NCBI GenBank assembly: GCA_001189095.1
Contig: LFCK01000002.1
Location: 65,937 to 129,936, forward strand
Direction: 5' to 3'
Origin: Parcubacteria bacterium C7867-001
GTDB taxonomy: Bacteria; Patescibacteriota; Minisyncoccia; Phycocordibacterales; Phycocordibacteraceae
DNA: 64,000 bases
The notes below the pieces were generated by a model that saw only the letters and a list, made by a program, of their open reading frames with translations, ran no database searches and was not told the DNA's origin. The stretch's first letter is position 1. Each line of letters opens with the position of its first letter. Shown here in pieces: positions 18,587 to 28,667 of the stretch. The position numbers were made by a program, and so were the translations under genes.

Positions 18587-20584
18587 TTAGTGACCTCCCG
18601 CGGGCTTTGCGCCACCTCCCCCACCAGATTTGCCTCCACCCCCACCCGAATTACCACCTCCGCCACCTCCCCCACCAGGGATTTTCCCAATAGCATCGAC
18701 AAGGCGATCGTTGTCAGTCTTACTTATGTCCTTAAGTATCTTTGCTGCAGCCTCATGGTTAGCGTGCTTATCAACCGAGGGCCAAGAAATTCCTTGAGTC
18801 TCAATTCTTTGTGCATAGGCACGCTTACCTGTGTTCTTGTCGACTGTCTTGAGTTCTTCGGTGAGGTTCTCAATAGCTTCTTTTGTATTGCGGAGGTCCA
18901 CATCCTTCTGAGCCTCTTTTGCAGCCATCTGCGTTTGGAGCTTCTGGACGTCTCCCGTCTTTCCAGCTGCTTGAGCTGTTTGGATGTCTTTTGCAAGCTG
19001 TACGCGCTCATTTTGCCACTTCTTATTTATCTCTTTTTCTTGAGCCTCTAGAACACTCTTCTGAGACTTGAGAGTTTTCTCCTGTGCTTTTTCTTCTTCA
19101 GTTTGCGTAAGTTTATTTGCATACTCAACTCGCGCCTTTACTGCGGCTTCCTCAACACCATGAATGCCATGCGATGCATCCTTTCCAGCTTTTCCTAAAT
19201 CAAGACCTGACTGCCCGGAAACGAATTTCCCAACACTTCCTGCACGTGCATCAAAACTCGAAGTCGCACCTTTATTGAGCACTCCATAGGTGAAACGTCC
19301 AAACCTCGAACGTCCGAAGCTAGACGAAGCGACTCGGTTAGCAAGCATTGAAGATCCAGCACCAATAGTGCGGCGACCAACAAAGCCCATGCCGCCAAGA
19401 GCAAATCCGCCACCAATCTTAGTCGCTGTTTCTGCGCCGTACGCGCCAATTTGCTTCGCCATTATCAAGGAACCGATCATGAAGCCAATCATCAGGAAGA
19501 AGATAACGAACACTCCCATGAAATTTGCCTGACCAGTTGTAATTGCGTCCAAAATGGTTCCGCTACCTCCGAGGACCGTTTGCAATGAATCGCTTATCTT
19601 CAGGCTCACGAAAATAAGTATGAGGAATACCGGCGCAAAGAATGACTGATTGATGAGTGCGTGCCACCAATCATTCGCCTGTTTATTCAGAAATGGAAGC
19701 GCCATGCCCGCGAAGCCTATCGGCGCGAGCACCATGAGAAGGACCAGCACGACGGCGCGGATGAGAAGCATAATCGTTCCTGCAAAGAGCACCATCGCGG
19801 TACAGAGCACGAATATAGAGAGGCCGATGTAGACAACTGCGACCTCAAAGAATCCACCAGCCGGAACGGCGTTTGGGGTAGCAAGGAATCCTGCGATACC
19901 CGTCGACTGGAGGATCCTGCCGCTGATGCCAGATTTTATGCACTCATCACTCACAACCTTCCCCGAGCATACGTCTCCCCCAGAGGCTTGCGTGTAGACA
20001 GCTGAGCTCAAGGCGTTTGACGTGTCTATTATGGCTTCGGCAACGAATAGGCTGAAGTTAAGAAGAAGCGCGAAGATGATAAGCATCGGAAGCGTCTTCT
20101 TCGCGTTGTAGTCGTGGAGATTGAGGATGATGCCAACGCCGGTGAAGATGAATCCAAAGAGAAGCAAGATGTTTCCAAGGTCGCGAAGTATCTGCCATGC
20201 AGCTATCACTCCCGGAGAGTTGCCAAAAAGGTTTGGGAAACCGAATACGAGGTACACCATCGCCAAGTTGAAAAAGTACCCTGCCATGGCGAGCAGCCAG
20301 TTCGCGAGCGTAAGCACAAGCATGCCGATACCGGTCGCAAAACATCCGCCGAAGTCAAAATGTCCACCAAGAAGATCGCAGGCGCCTCCAGATGTTTTCG
20401 GTTTGTCGGCAGCAGGACCAGCTACGTCGGGGACGTTTGTGGTTTCGGATACACCAACCCCCGGACCCGCTCCCGGCGCGGCAAAGGTTGTTGTTGGGAA
20501 AAAAGAAAGTGCGGCAAGGAGAAAGGTGCCGATTATGAGTGTGCGAAAGATGTATCCCGAACGGATCATGGCGCGCTCGCGCAA
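18587..20584 (-). CDS. VirB6/TrbL-like polytopic membrane protein with a C-terminal coiled coil and Gly-rich tail
   Basis: ~8 TM helices in the central region, a signal-like N-terminus, a charged coiled-coil C-domain and a terminal GGGGGGGNSGGGGGKSGGGGG tract. Confidence 0.65.
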   Translation of the reverse strand: MRERAMIRSGYIFRTLIIGTFLLAALSFFPTTTFAAPGAGPGVGVSETTNVPDVAGPAADKPKTSGGACDLLGGHFDFGGCFATGIGMLVLTLANWLLAMAGYFFNLAMVYLVFGFPNLFGNSPGVIAAWQILRDLGNILLLFGFIFTGVGIILNLHDYNAKKTLPMLIIFALLLNFSLFVAEAIIDTSNALSSAVYTQASGGDVCSGKVVSDECIKSGISGRILQSTGIAGFLATPNAVPAGGFFEVAVVYIGLSIFVLCTAMVLFAGTIMLLIRAVVLVLLMVLAPIGFAGMALPFLNKQANDWWHALINQSFFAPVFLILIFVSLKISDSLQTVLGGSGTILDAITTGQANFMGVFVIFFLMIGFMIGSLIMAKQIGAYGAETATKIGGGFALGGMGFVGRRTIGAGSSMLANRVASSSFGRSRFGRFTYGVLNKGATSSFDARAGSVGKFVSGQSGLDLGKAGKDASHGIHGVEEAAVKARVEYANKLTQTEEEKAQEKTLKSQKSVLEAQEKEINKKWQNERVQLAKDIQTAQAAGKTGDVQKLQTQMAAKEAQKDVDLRNTKEAIENLTEELKTVDKNTGKRAYAQRIETQGISWPSVDKHANHEAAAKILKDISKTDNDRLVDAIGKIPGGGGGGGGNSGGGGGKSGGGGGAKPAGGH

Positions 20585-22170
20585 GCCTGTTTATCGGCGC
20601 GCGCCTGTTTTCCGATGGCAAGCATGGTTGCTGATACCGATTGTATGGTTTCTTCCTCAAGATTTACTGATGAATTCAATTGGCCCGAGCCCGTACCGTC
20701 TTCCTGTATGTGATGCAGCTTCGCTCCGGTGGTGGTGAGCGAAACGACCGGCCCCGGCGTTGCGTCGTCCTCGGCTTCGGAAACTTGGGAGAGGGTTGGG
20801 AAACTGCTCTGCTTCAAAATCGTCTCATATTTCTTCTGAGCGGCCTCAAATCCTTCTGGATCGTTTTCCTGCGCGACCTTTTGGAGGGAGGAGATTATGT
20901 CATTGAGCGAAGTTACGGCTGTGTTTGCAGAAGAAATTCGTCCTGTCGAGTAGTCGGTAAGGACGATGGTGACATCAGGGGAGAAGTTTGCGTTTGTCGG
21001 GCATGAGCCAAGAGCCACAAGGGCTGACTGTGCGTCGGTGGCTGCATCGCGGATGGACTCTATATTGGTGGAGTATCCGCTCAACTGCGCTTGCTGCGCA
21101 GTGACTATTTTAAGGAAAGAGAGAGCGGCATTTGCGGCGGTTCCCTCGGTGTTTGCAGCCTCGGTTGCATCGGCCTGCTGCCCGAGCGCACTTCGTCCGC
21201 TGCCACCTGAGCCGCTTTCGCCGAGACCGAGAAGACCACCACTCCCGAAGAGTTGGCTGCTGATGAAGTTCGCGATGATTTCATTGAATTCATCCGCTTG
21301 CACAATGCGATCCTGCGAGGAACCAAGCGCTTTGTTTACCGTTTCAGCGAGGATGTGGCCCGGCGTCGTGATGTTTCCAAGACACACACCAGCAACCGAA
21401 AGTGATACGGCACCATTCGGGTCCTTCTTATCCTTGCAGCCTGTGCGAATCGGAAGGAAACCATTTCCCTGCTGGAGAAGGTCCCCCTCTTCTTTTTGAG
21501 CGTCGGCAACTTTGCGTCCGAGTTCTTGTTTTGCTATGTAGTCTGCTCCCAGAGGGTTGTTTGCTTGCTTCTGTGTTGCGGAGAAAAAACAATCAAGACT
21601 GACAGGTCCCTTTCCTCCTATTTTACTTTCGCATTCTTTCGAAAGGGTGTACGGGTTACTTGCGAAGAAGGCCCCCTTTCCTGTCGACTTGAAGTAGTCT
21701 TCACGCACCGACTGCGCGATAAGCGACTGGAAGGGCGATTTCACAGCACCATTCGTTGAAAGCTGCTTGAGGAAGTCGTCAGCGACGCTGTCACCGACAT
21801 CGAGCATGTGCTTGCTGATGTTCGTCACTGGCGAAGGAGCGCCGTTATTTCCCGTAAGCGCCTTCTGAAGCGACTGGTTCACCATTTTCTGAATGAGCGT
21901 ATTGCCGATTCCCCACGCTGCGGGGTCAAGTCCAAACTCCTTCATCATGTCCTTGATTGAGTTTGCTGCGGTTATGCCGGACTTAACGGCAATAAAGGCA
22001 GTTTTAATAGACGTTATCGCATTCTTAATGAGGTTCGTTCCGTCGATGACGGGAAGGCCTCCTGCGTACGCAGGTTGAGGGACGAGGGCGATAGATGCTG
22101 AGGCGAGAAGTGTGCAGCCGAGAAGGAGGGCGCCTACTTTTCGTCGAAGAGATGGGTGTGCGTGCTTCAT
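20566..22170 (-). CDS. Large secreted hypothetical protein (T4SS-like operon)
   Basis: Signal peptide ending AYA. 534 aa, Ala/Ser/Gln-rich. Confidence 0.5.
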   Translation of the reverse strand: MKHAHPSLRRKVGALLLGCTLLASASIALVPQPAYAGGLPVIDGTNLIKNAITSIKTAFIAVKSGITAANSIKDMMKEFGLDPAAWGIGNTLIQKMVNQSLQKALTGNNGAPSPVTNISKHMLDVGDSVADDFLKQLSTNGAVKSPFQSLIAQSVREDYFKSTGKGAFFASNPYTLSKECESKIGGKGPVSLDCFFSATQKQANNPLGADYIAKQELGRKVADAQKEEGDLLQQGNGFLPIRTGCKDKKDPNGAVSLSVAGVCLGNITTPGHILAETVNKALGSSQDRIVQADEFNEIIANFISSQLFGSGGLLGLGESGSGGSGRSALGQQADATEAANTEGTAANAALSFLKIVTAQQAQLSGYSTNIESIRDAATDAQSALVALGSCPTNANFSPDVTIVLTDYSTGRISSANTAVTSLNDIISSLQKVAQENDPEGFEAAQKKYETILKQSSFPTLSQVSEAEDDATPGPVVSLTTTGAKLHHIQEDGTGSGQLNSSVNLEEETIQSVSATMLAIGKQARADKQACASAP

Positions 22171-22172
22171 GG

Positions 22173-23249
22173 TTATTTTTTAGTTGCGTCAGCAGCTTCC
22201 TGTTCAACGCGCGCGGCGAGAGAGGCGGCGGTTAGGAATTCATAACCAGACTCGTTCTTCAATAGGGTGATTTGGTTATTTGAGAAAACAGCGCTGAGCT
22301 CTGAAAGTGCTTCCACAAAGGAAAAGGCGGAGCCCTGATAACGGCCCAAGCCAAGGAGGCTGCGCATCGGATCGCTCTCGGTGTAAGTCATATCGGTCGT
22401 GACGGTGCCCATGCGTATGTACGCGTTCGCCAATTTAAGGTGTGCTGCAGCTGCTTCCTGCGGAACGGTGACTCGCATAAGCGCCTTCCCTGTTGCCGTA
22501 TAGGCTGCGCCGATCTCCTTTACCTTCTTAAGTGCAGCTGCATCTCCCTTGGTGGTTGCTTCGTTGTAATACTCAAGCTCGCTCTTGGTGGTTGCGACTG
22601 AGTTCGCCCCCACTGTCTCTTCGACGTGTCCGATGTAGCTGCGAAGCGCCGCTACCCCGCTACCACCCGAGACTATTTTCGAGGCAGTGTAGGTGTCGGT
22701 GAGCGGGTGCGCAGCCACGAACTGTTCGACCGTCGCGTCCACAAAGGCAGCAATTTCTGCTTTGGTAGGCTGATTTGCTCCGCGGCGCTCAAGATAGGTG
22801 ATGAAGAGCATTCGGGTGAACTCATCCGTAAGGGTGTCAGGGCCGGTGGAGACGGTCGAGCTCGGGAGGACGGCGCTCGCCGCCACGGCTGCAGAAGAGA
22901 ATTTCGGCTTTACGACGCCTTTATCTACTGCCTCGCTGTCGGTGAGGGTCTTATCTAGGGAGTGGGCGTCGGTCGGGCTTGCACCGTAGAGGAGCTCTTC
23001 CCAGTCGGGAAGACCGTCGGAGTCGGTATCCTTTGCGGCGAAGGACTTAAGGAGCTCTTCGGTCGAGGCTGCATTAACGCCGCTTGCGCCAAACGGGTTA
23101 TTTGAGCTCGAAAGAAGGAAGGCACTCACAATGAATAGCGCTGAAACAAGGAGCGCACCGACAATGCTTACTGTTTTAAAAGTAAAAGCCACGGTAAAGG
23201 TATAAAAATAGTAGCACGCTTCGTCTGCGTGGACGCGAAGATGAAGCAC
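22173..23249 (-). CDS. Membrane-anchored protein with a thrombospondin type 3 / dockerin-like Ca-binding motif; first gene of the operon
   Basis: N-terminal TM helix. DTDSDGLPDWEE motif (DxDxDGxxDxxE). Confidence 0.5.
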   Translation of the reverse strand: MLHLRVHADEACYYFYTFTVAFTFKTVSIVGALLVSALFIVSAFLLSSSNNPFGASGVNAASTEELLKSFAAKDTDSDGLPDWEELLYGASPTDAHSLDKTLTDSEAVDKGVVKPKFSSAAVAASAVLPSSTVSTGPDTLTDEFTRMLFITYLERRGANQPTKAEIAAFVDATVEQFVAAHPLTDTYTASKIVSGGSGVAALRSYIGHVEETVGANSVATTKSELEYYNEATTKGDAAALKKVKEIGAAYTATGKALMRVTVPQEAAAAHLKLANAYIRMGTVTTDMTYTESDPMRSLLGLGRYQGSAFSFVEALSELSAVFSNNQITLLKNESGYEFLTAASLAARVEQEAADATKK

Positions 23250-23267
23250 TGTTCATGTGTATATTCC

Positions 23268-24050
23268 TTAATTAGGAAAAAGTGCGAGGGTGAGTGCTCG
23301 CCACTTCGAAAGCGGAACATCTTCTGAACGAACGGAATCCGAGAGTTCGACGGTACCAAACGCATTCATAATCGCTTCTTTTGAACTAAGCACCTCAAGG
23401 TTTTTCGCGAGCCGCTTTCGTTTATGTGCAAAGCTCGCATGAAGCACCTCCCAGAACTTGTTCTCGTGTTCTTTTGTGTCGAATGCAGAGTGAATGTCGA
23501 CGATCGAAAGCACGGCAGAGTCGACCGAGGGCGCGGGCACAAATGCGCCGCGCGGAACTTTGAACTCTATGCGCGGAGTTCCGTAGGCTTTCACCGAAAG
23601 CGAGAGCAGCGATTCTTTTTTGCTGCGCGCGATGCGTTCAGCAACTTCCTTTTGCACCAGAAGCGTCATCGAGCTCGGTTTATGTTCGGCGGTAAGAAAA
23701 GCGCGAATGATTTCTCCCGTGATGTAGTACGGAATGTTCGCTACAAGTTTGTAGGACTCTTCGAGAGTTACTGCGTCAAAAGTTCGAACATCTCCTTCGA
23801 TAAGTTCCAAACTTCCCTTCTCAATTTCGGAAGCAAATGTTTCGCGTAGTACCGGAACGAGTTCGCGGTCTGCTTCGATAGCGATAACTTTTTTCGCGCG
23901 TGCAAGAAGTTCGCGCGTGAGCATTCCAGTGCCTGCTCCTATTTCAAGAACGAGATCATCTTTCGTTATGCCAGCGGCGTCCGCGATGCGTGCTGCTGTT
24001 TGTTGGTGCATCAGAAAGTTCTGACCGAGTGATTTTTTTGCGCGCATCAT
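23268..24050 (-). CDS. rsmA: 16S rRNA (adenine1518/1519-N6)-dimethyltransferase
   Basis: LGQNFLMHQQTAARIADAA...LEIGAGTGMLT SAM-binding motif. 260 aa. Confidence 0.9.
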   Translation of the reverse strand: MMRAKKSLGQNFLMHQQTAARIADAAGITKDDLVLEIGAGTGMLTRELLARAKKVIAIEADRELVPVLRETFASEIEKGSLELIEGDVRTFDAVTLEESYKLVANIPYYITGEIIRAFLTAEHKPSSMTLLVQKEVAERIARSKKESLLSLSVKAYGTPRIEFKVPRGAFVPAPSVDSAVLSIVDIHSAFDTKEHENKFWEVLHASFAHKRKRLAKNLEVLSSKEAIMNAFGTVELSDSVRSEDVPLSKWRALTLALFPN

Positions 24051-26050
24051 ATATGTATTGTAAATTCATTGCGCTCGTACGCGTTTGGTGCAAGCTCAAC
24101 GAGTCCCGCGCCGATGTCGTTTAAGAATGATGATGGAGTGGCTAGGTAGTCGGTGCCGTAGATACGGCGCACACGAGCCATCGTGAGATAGAGCTTTCGT
24201 TTCGCACGCGTCACGGCGACATAGAAGAGGCGTCGCTCCTCCTCTTCATCGCGTTCTTCTCCTTCTCTCCCCTCGTGCGGGAAGAGTCCTTCCTCAAGTC
24301 CGGTCACGAACACGACATCAAACTCAAGTCCTTTTGCTGCATGCACGGTCATGAGCGTAACGCCTTTTTGTTCGGTGCGGTCGAGTTCATCTTGATCGCC
24401 GGCGAGCGCAGCGTCATTAAGGAATTGCAAAAGTCCTTCTTCGCCGACGAATGCGTCATACCGGCTGGCTAATGTCGCGAGCTCCTTTATATTCTCGAGA
24501 CGCTCCATACCCTCCTCACCCTCCTTCAAAAGTGCTGATTCTAGGCCAGTTTTTTCGATTATAAGCTTCACAAATTGCGAAGGGATTTCTATCTTTGCGG
24601 CCTCTACAAGCCCCGCAACAATAGACTCGAACACCTCAACTTTTACTCGGTCGGCGGCACGCAACTCGTCGCGCTTCCCTGCCGAAAGTTTTCCAAGCGT
24701 CACTTTTCCGATGCCGCGCGACGGTGCTTGCACGGCGCGCATACGATCTGCTTCACGCGAGGGATCGAGCGCAAGGCGCGTCCACGAAATGACGTCCTTC
24801 ACTTCCTTACGTTCGAAGAATCGCGTTCCGAGAAGTTTGTATGGAACGCTCTCCGAAAGGAATGCTTCTTCGAGCGCTCGCGATTGAAAGTTTGCGCGGA
24901 AGAGTACACATATTTCTTCAGGCGGTGTGCCGTCCCGTAAGCGTTTCTTCGCTTCCCTCGCGACATACCGCGCTTCGTCTTCGGCGTTCATTCCGGAATA
25001 CAGAGTAATGCGCTCCCCTTCCGCATTGTCGGTCACGCTCGTTTTCTCTTTTCGATTCTGGTTCTTCTCGATGATCTGATTTGCAGCGTCGACGATGGTC
25101 TTGGTCGAACGATAGTTATGCTCGAGCACAATAGTTTTTGCCGAGGGATGATTTTCATCAAACGCGAGCAGGTTTTCTATAGTCGCGCCGCGCCATGTAT
25201 AGATGGTCTGATCGATATCGCCGACGACAAAAAGATTTCCATGTTTTTCTGCGAGCATCCGTGCGAGATTTCCTTGGAGCTCGCTTGTGTCTTGATATTC
25301 GTCAACGTGAATGTGCGAGAAGCGCTTCTGCACTTCTTCGCGAACTTCGGGATGATCGCGCAGAAGCGTCACGGGAAGTGTGATGAGGTCGTCGAAGTCG
25401 AGCGCTTTTTCTTCGCGTAGTTTCTTTTCATAGCGCGGCCAAACCTCCGAAACAACGCGCGTGCGGAAACTCCGCTGCCCGAATTGCTCGCGGAACCGTT
25501 CCGGCGTGAGCCCATCCCCTTTTGCTTTTGAAATCGCGCCGAGCACAAACCCTGGTGAAAGTTCCTTCGGGTCGATATCCATTCCTTTTAATATGTCGCG
25601 GACGATAGCTTTCGACTCATCCCGATCAAGAATGCTTGCCGAGCGGCTGATACCCATGACCGAGCCATACTGCTCGAGCAAATGCTTTCCGAGGCCGTGG
25701 AAGGTAGCGACGAGAGGTAGATGTCCTTGGCGATACACCTTGAACTCCTCCCCAAGCATGCGTCCAAGACGCTCTTTCATCTCGCGAGCTGCCTTATTAG
25801 TGAAGGTAACAGCCAGAATCTGCTCAGGCGGGACTCCCTGTCGTATCAAATGGTAGATGCGGGTCGTAAGAACCTTGGTTTTCCCCGAGCCGGCACCGGC
25901 GAGTACCGAAATCGCCCCCTCGGTTGAAAGTACCGCCTCCTTCTGCCGCTCATTAAGTCCTTCGAGGTAATTCACTTGCGAACTATACCAGATGGTATTT
26001 CTCCTGTTTTTGCCAAAATCGTCAACATTTTTTACTCTCCACAGCTTCAT
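24047..26050 (-). CDS. uvrD: UvrD/PcrA-family ATP-dependent DNA helicase
   Basis: Walker A AGAGSGKTKVLT. UvrD motifs throughout. The start is set at MKLWRV to avoid overlap with the divergent gene. Confidence 0.9.
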   Translation of the reverse strand: MKLWRVKNVDDFGKNRRNTIWYSSQVNYLEGLNERQKEAVLSTEGAISVLAGAGSGKTKVLTTRIYHLIRQGVPPEQILAVTFTNKAAREMKERLGRMLGEEFKVYRQGHLPLVATFHGLGKHLLEQYGSVMGISRSASILDRDESKAIVRDILKGMDIDPKELSPGFVLGAISKAKGDGLTPERFREQFGQRSFRTRVVSEVWPRYEKKLREEKALDFDDLITLPVTLLRDHPEVREEVQKRFSHIHVDEYQDTSELQGNLARMLAEKHGNLFVVGDIDQTIYTWRGATIENLLAFDENHPSAKTIVLEHNYRSTKTIVDAANQIIEKNQNRKEKTSVTDNAEGERITLYSGMNAEDEARYVAREAKKRLRDGTPPEEICVLFRANFQSRALEEAFLSESVPYKLLGTRFFERKEVKDVISWTRLALDPSREADRMRAVQAPSRGIGKVTLGKLSAGKRDELRAADRVKVEVFESIVAGLVEAAKIEIPSQFVKLIIEKTGLESALLKEGEEGMERLENIKELATLASRYDAFVGEEGLLQFLNDAALAGDQDELDRTEQKGVTLMTVHAAKGLEFDVVFVTGLEEGLFPHEGREGEERDEEEERRLFYVAVTRAKRKLYLTMARVRRIYGTDYLATPSSFLNDIGAGLVELAPNAYERNEFTIHI

Positions 26051-26141
26051 GATGGCCTCATTGACCCCCTGTCTGGGGCAGCTATAATCCCTTGGTTGGC
26101 AGTCACGGAGGCACTCAAGAAATGGCGTATGTAAGCCATTT

Positions 26142-27314
26142 TTGTACACGGAAGCACGACAGAATTACCCCCGCTACCTTATTTTGCATTTTACGGATTC
26201 CCCCGCTTCTTCAGGTTCGCATACGAAGTGGGACACATACGGAAAGCTCGGCGTGTTCATAGCCTGCACACTTGCCTTGAGCGTAGCTTCCCTCCTTTTC
26301 TGGCCGCGCATGACGAATGCGTTTTGGCCGTTTTCCGACGCCCTAGCCGCTTCAGGAGGTCAGACGCCGCCTATTTTGCATAGTGAAAACCTCGCCCTTC
26401 TTGAACCAGCGACCAACCCCGATCCGAATCCTTTTAAGGCAGCGAGCGACATCCCAACCACGGAAGGCTCGGCGCTTATAGCTAATACCGGCCCCGAGGG
26501 AACCCTTGCCGACGTCGAAAGCCGCACGGGCAACGGTCAGATTTCTCTTTACGTCGTCCGCTCTGGCGATACTCTTTCCGAGATCGCAGACATGTTCGAG
26601 GTTACGCCAAACACCATCCTCTGGGCGAACGACCTCAAGAGCTCGAAGGACATTCATCCGGGGGACACCCTTCTCATCCTTCCGGTCTCGGGAGTGCAGC
26701 ATAAGGTGCTTAAGGGCGAAACGCTCAAGAGTCTTGCGAAGAAATATGGCGCAGATGCTGGTGATATCGCTTCCTATAACGGTCTCGACGAATCAACGGC
26801 GCTTGCGGTCGGTTCGACGGTCATCATCCCCGGCGGCGAACTTTCGGCTCCACCAAAGCCAACTACGACCACTAAGAAATCGACCGGTTCAACGACGAAA
26901 AATCCATACAAGGGCGGCGGAGGTGCCGAGATAGATGGTTACTACAGCAATCCGGTGCCAGGAGGCCTTCTCACGCAGGGCGTTCACGGCTGGAACGGCG
27001 TCGATATTGGCGCACCAGCGGGAACTCCTATCCATGCAGCCGCAGGAGGTACCGTGATTGTAGCGAAGAGCGGTGGCTGGAACGGCGGTTACGGAAGTTA
27101 TGTGGTCGTCTCGCATAGTAACGGAACACAAACGCTCTACTCGCACATGAGCTCGGTTCGTGCGTCGGTCGGCCAAGGCGTTTCCGCAGGCGACACTATC
27201 GGTCTTGTCGGCCGCACAGGCTCAGCAACGGGTAACCATCTCCACTTTGAAGTTCGTGGCGCGAAGAATCCGTTCGCCGGGTGTGCAACGATGAAAGTCT
27301 GCAGTCCTCACTAA
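26142..27314 (+). CDS. LysM-repeat M23 family metallopeptidase
   Basis: Two LysM repeats (YVVRSGDTLSEIA; HKVLKGETLKSLA). M23 motifs HxxxD-like GVDIGAPAGTPIHAAAGG and GNHLHFEV. Confidence 0.88.
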   Translation: MYTEARQNYPRYLILHFTDSPASSGSHTKWDTYGKLGVFIACTLALSVASLLFWPRMTNAFWPFSDALAASGGQTPPILHSENLALLEPATNPDPNPFKAASDIPTTEGSALIANTGPEGTLADVESRTGNGQISLYVVRSGDTLSEIADMFEVTPNTILWANDLKSSKDIHPGDTLLILPVSGVQHKVLKGETLKSLAKKYGADAGDIASYNGLDESTALAVGSTVIIPGGELSAPPKPTTTTKKSTGSTTKNPYKGGGGAEIDGYYSNPVPGGLLTQGVHGWNGVDIGAPAGTPIHAAAGGTVIVAKSGGWNGGYGSYVVVSHSNGTQTLYSHMSSVRASVGQGVSAGDTIGLVGRTGSATGNHLHFEVRGAKNPFAGCATMKVCSPH

Positions 27315-27327
27315 CTAGATAAAAGGA

Positions 27328-27363
27328 ATCGCCGCCGAGCCTTTGGCTCGGCGGCGTTTTTCT
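27328..27363. terminator. Bidirectional rho-independent terminator between convergent genes
   Basis: cgccgccgagcc-tttg-gctcggcggcg followed by a T-tract. Confidence 0.6.
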
Positions 27364-28082
27364 TAGACTGTGATGTCGATCCGGTTCACGTATCCAGCAA
27401 TCGTAGCGCTCTCCGCCTGACTGCTCCGATACCGCGAGAGGGACCGGCGCTCGGTTTCTTCCGCGGCATTCTGCAAGGTAAGAAGTATTTCGTACCCCGG
27501 ATTCCGCTTCAGGTTGTTTGCCATCCAGAAATCGAACAGCTCTTCCTGAAGTTCAGTGTGGGCGATTCCAATCTTGGTCGCTTGGATGTAGATGCTGGAA
27601 ACGTCATTCCACACACCTTCGTAGGTGACCCAACGCTTCCAATCGGCCCAAAGCACATAGAATTTCTTCTTGCGCGACAGGACGAGCGAGCGTGTGGTGC
27701 AGGACTCATCGACTGGAGCGGTGAGTCCGTCGAAGCCGGAGACTTTCTCCTGCCGTGTCGGCCACGTTTTCTGCGAAGGCATTGGTTCGAGATCGAGGAG
27801 TTTCAGGAACGGCGTTTGCGCCCCCAGTGTCTCATCGAGCTCGTATTCCATTGCCGTCGCAACGCTTTTTGGTACGACGCGTCGTGGAAGCTCAAGCGAA
27901 CCATGCTTTTGAGAAAGCAGGTCGCGAGGGCGTTCGAACCCGTCGAAACGATTTATCGAAAGACGCTCTACAGCGCTCTCTATGATGATCCGCCACTCCT
28001 GCATCGTGATAGACGATGCGCTCAGGGCTGCTTTGCCGGTGATAAAATCCGGCGTACTCACTCTCCCTCTGGTCGTAACCAT
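27363..28082 (-). CDS. Hypothetical protein
   Basis: 239-aa ORF with balanced composition. The 343-aa plus-strand ORF it overlaps is Arg-rich and judged antisense noise. Confidence 0.45.
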   Translation of the reverse strand: MVTTRGRVSTPDFITGKAALSASSITMQEWRIIIESAVERLSINRFDGFERPRDLLSQKHGSLELPRRVVPKSVATAMEYELDETLGAQTPFLKLLDLEPMPSQKTWPTRQEKVSGFDGLTAPVDESCTTRSLVLSRKKKFYVLWADWKRWVTYEGVWNDVSSIYIQATKIGIAHTELQEELFDFWMANNLKRNPGYEILLTLQNAAEETERRSLSRYRSSQAESATIAGYVNRIDITV

Positions 28083-28159
28083 CTCAGGGACTCCTTACTA
28101 GTGTTAGCGCTTACGCGCAGAACCGCAGTTCCGTCTCGGACATTACGACATAATTTGTT

Positions 28160-28198
28160 TTATGTCAAAAAGAACGCGCCCCGATATTCGGGGCGCGT
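28160..28198 (-). terminator. Rho-independent terminator for the 28206..28592 gene
   Basis: acgcgccccg-atatt-cggggcgcgt with a T-tract on the minus strand. Confidence 0.55.
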
Positions 28199-28205
28199 AG
28201 CGTAT

Positions 28206-28592
28206 TCAGACCTGTTCGGTTTCAAACACGGCGACCGCATCTTTGAGCGTCGTCGAGTACATCGGGCCGGATTCCCAGCTCATGCGTTTGCGGAGCCACG
28301 AGTTGTCGCTCAGCTTATCGATGACGATGAGATTGGCGCCGAGGCGCTGCTTGAAATACGAGTCGTAGTGCTTGGTTCTCCGTTCGGAGAACGCGGTGAG
28401 TTCCGCGAGCTCGTCGTCGGAATACTTTTCCGGCGGGCCGCTTACGGCGACGACGGACGGCAAGTCAGGACGGTCCGGTCCGGTCGTCGCAAGTCCCCAC
28501 GCCATCGAATTCGCGAGCGAAGGAATGCCGAAGCCGTATCCGCCCTCGTTCCACATGAGTTTTCCGATCAGTTCTGTACGAGACAGTGACAT
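28206..28592 (-). CDS. Hypothetical protein
   Basis: Start placed at MSLSRTELIG. A terminator lies downstream. Confidence 0.4.
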   Translation of the reverse strand: MSLSRTELIGKLMWNEGGYGFGIPSLANSMAWGLATTGPDRPDLPSVVAVSGPPEKYSDDELAELTAFSERRTKHYDSYFKQRLGANLIVIDKLSDNSWLRKRMSWESGPMYSTTLKDAVAVFETEQV

Positions 28593-28667
28593 GAATACCT
28601 CCTCAGGTCGTATGTCTGAAGAGGTTATGACACTAAATACTAACCAATGCAAGACATGGGCCTTTGC

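Noticed and set aside
20114-20738. Two ~200-aa overlapping plus-strand ORFs antisense to the VirB6/TrbL gene
   Set aside because: Lys/Arg-rich antisense artefacts of a GC-rich coding region. The minus-strand VirB6-like ORF has coherent TM architecture.
27558-28589. 343-aa plus-strand ORF, Arg-rich
   Set aside because: It lies antisense to two better-looking minus-strand ORFs and has an Arg/Gly/Pro-biased composition typical of GC-rich antisense frames. Treated as non-coding.
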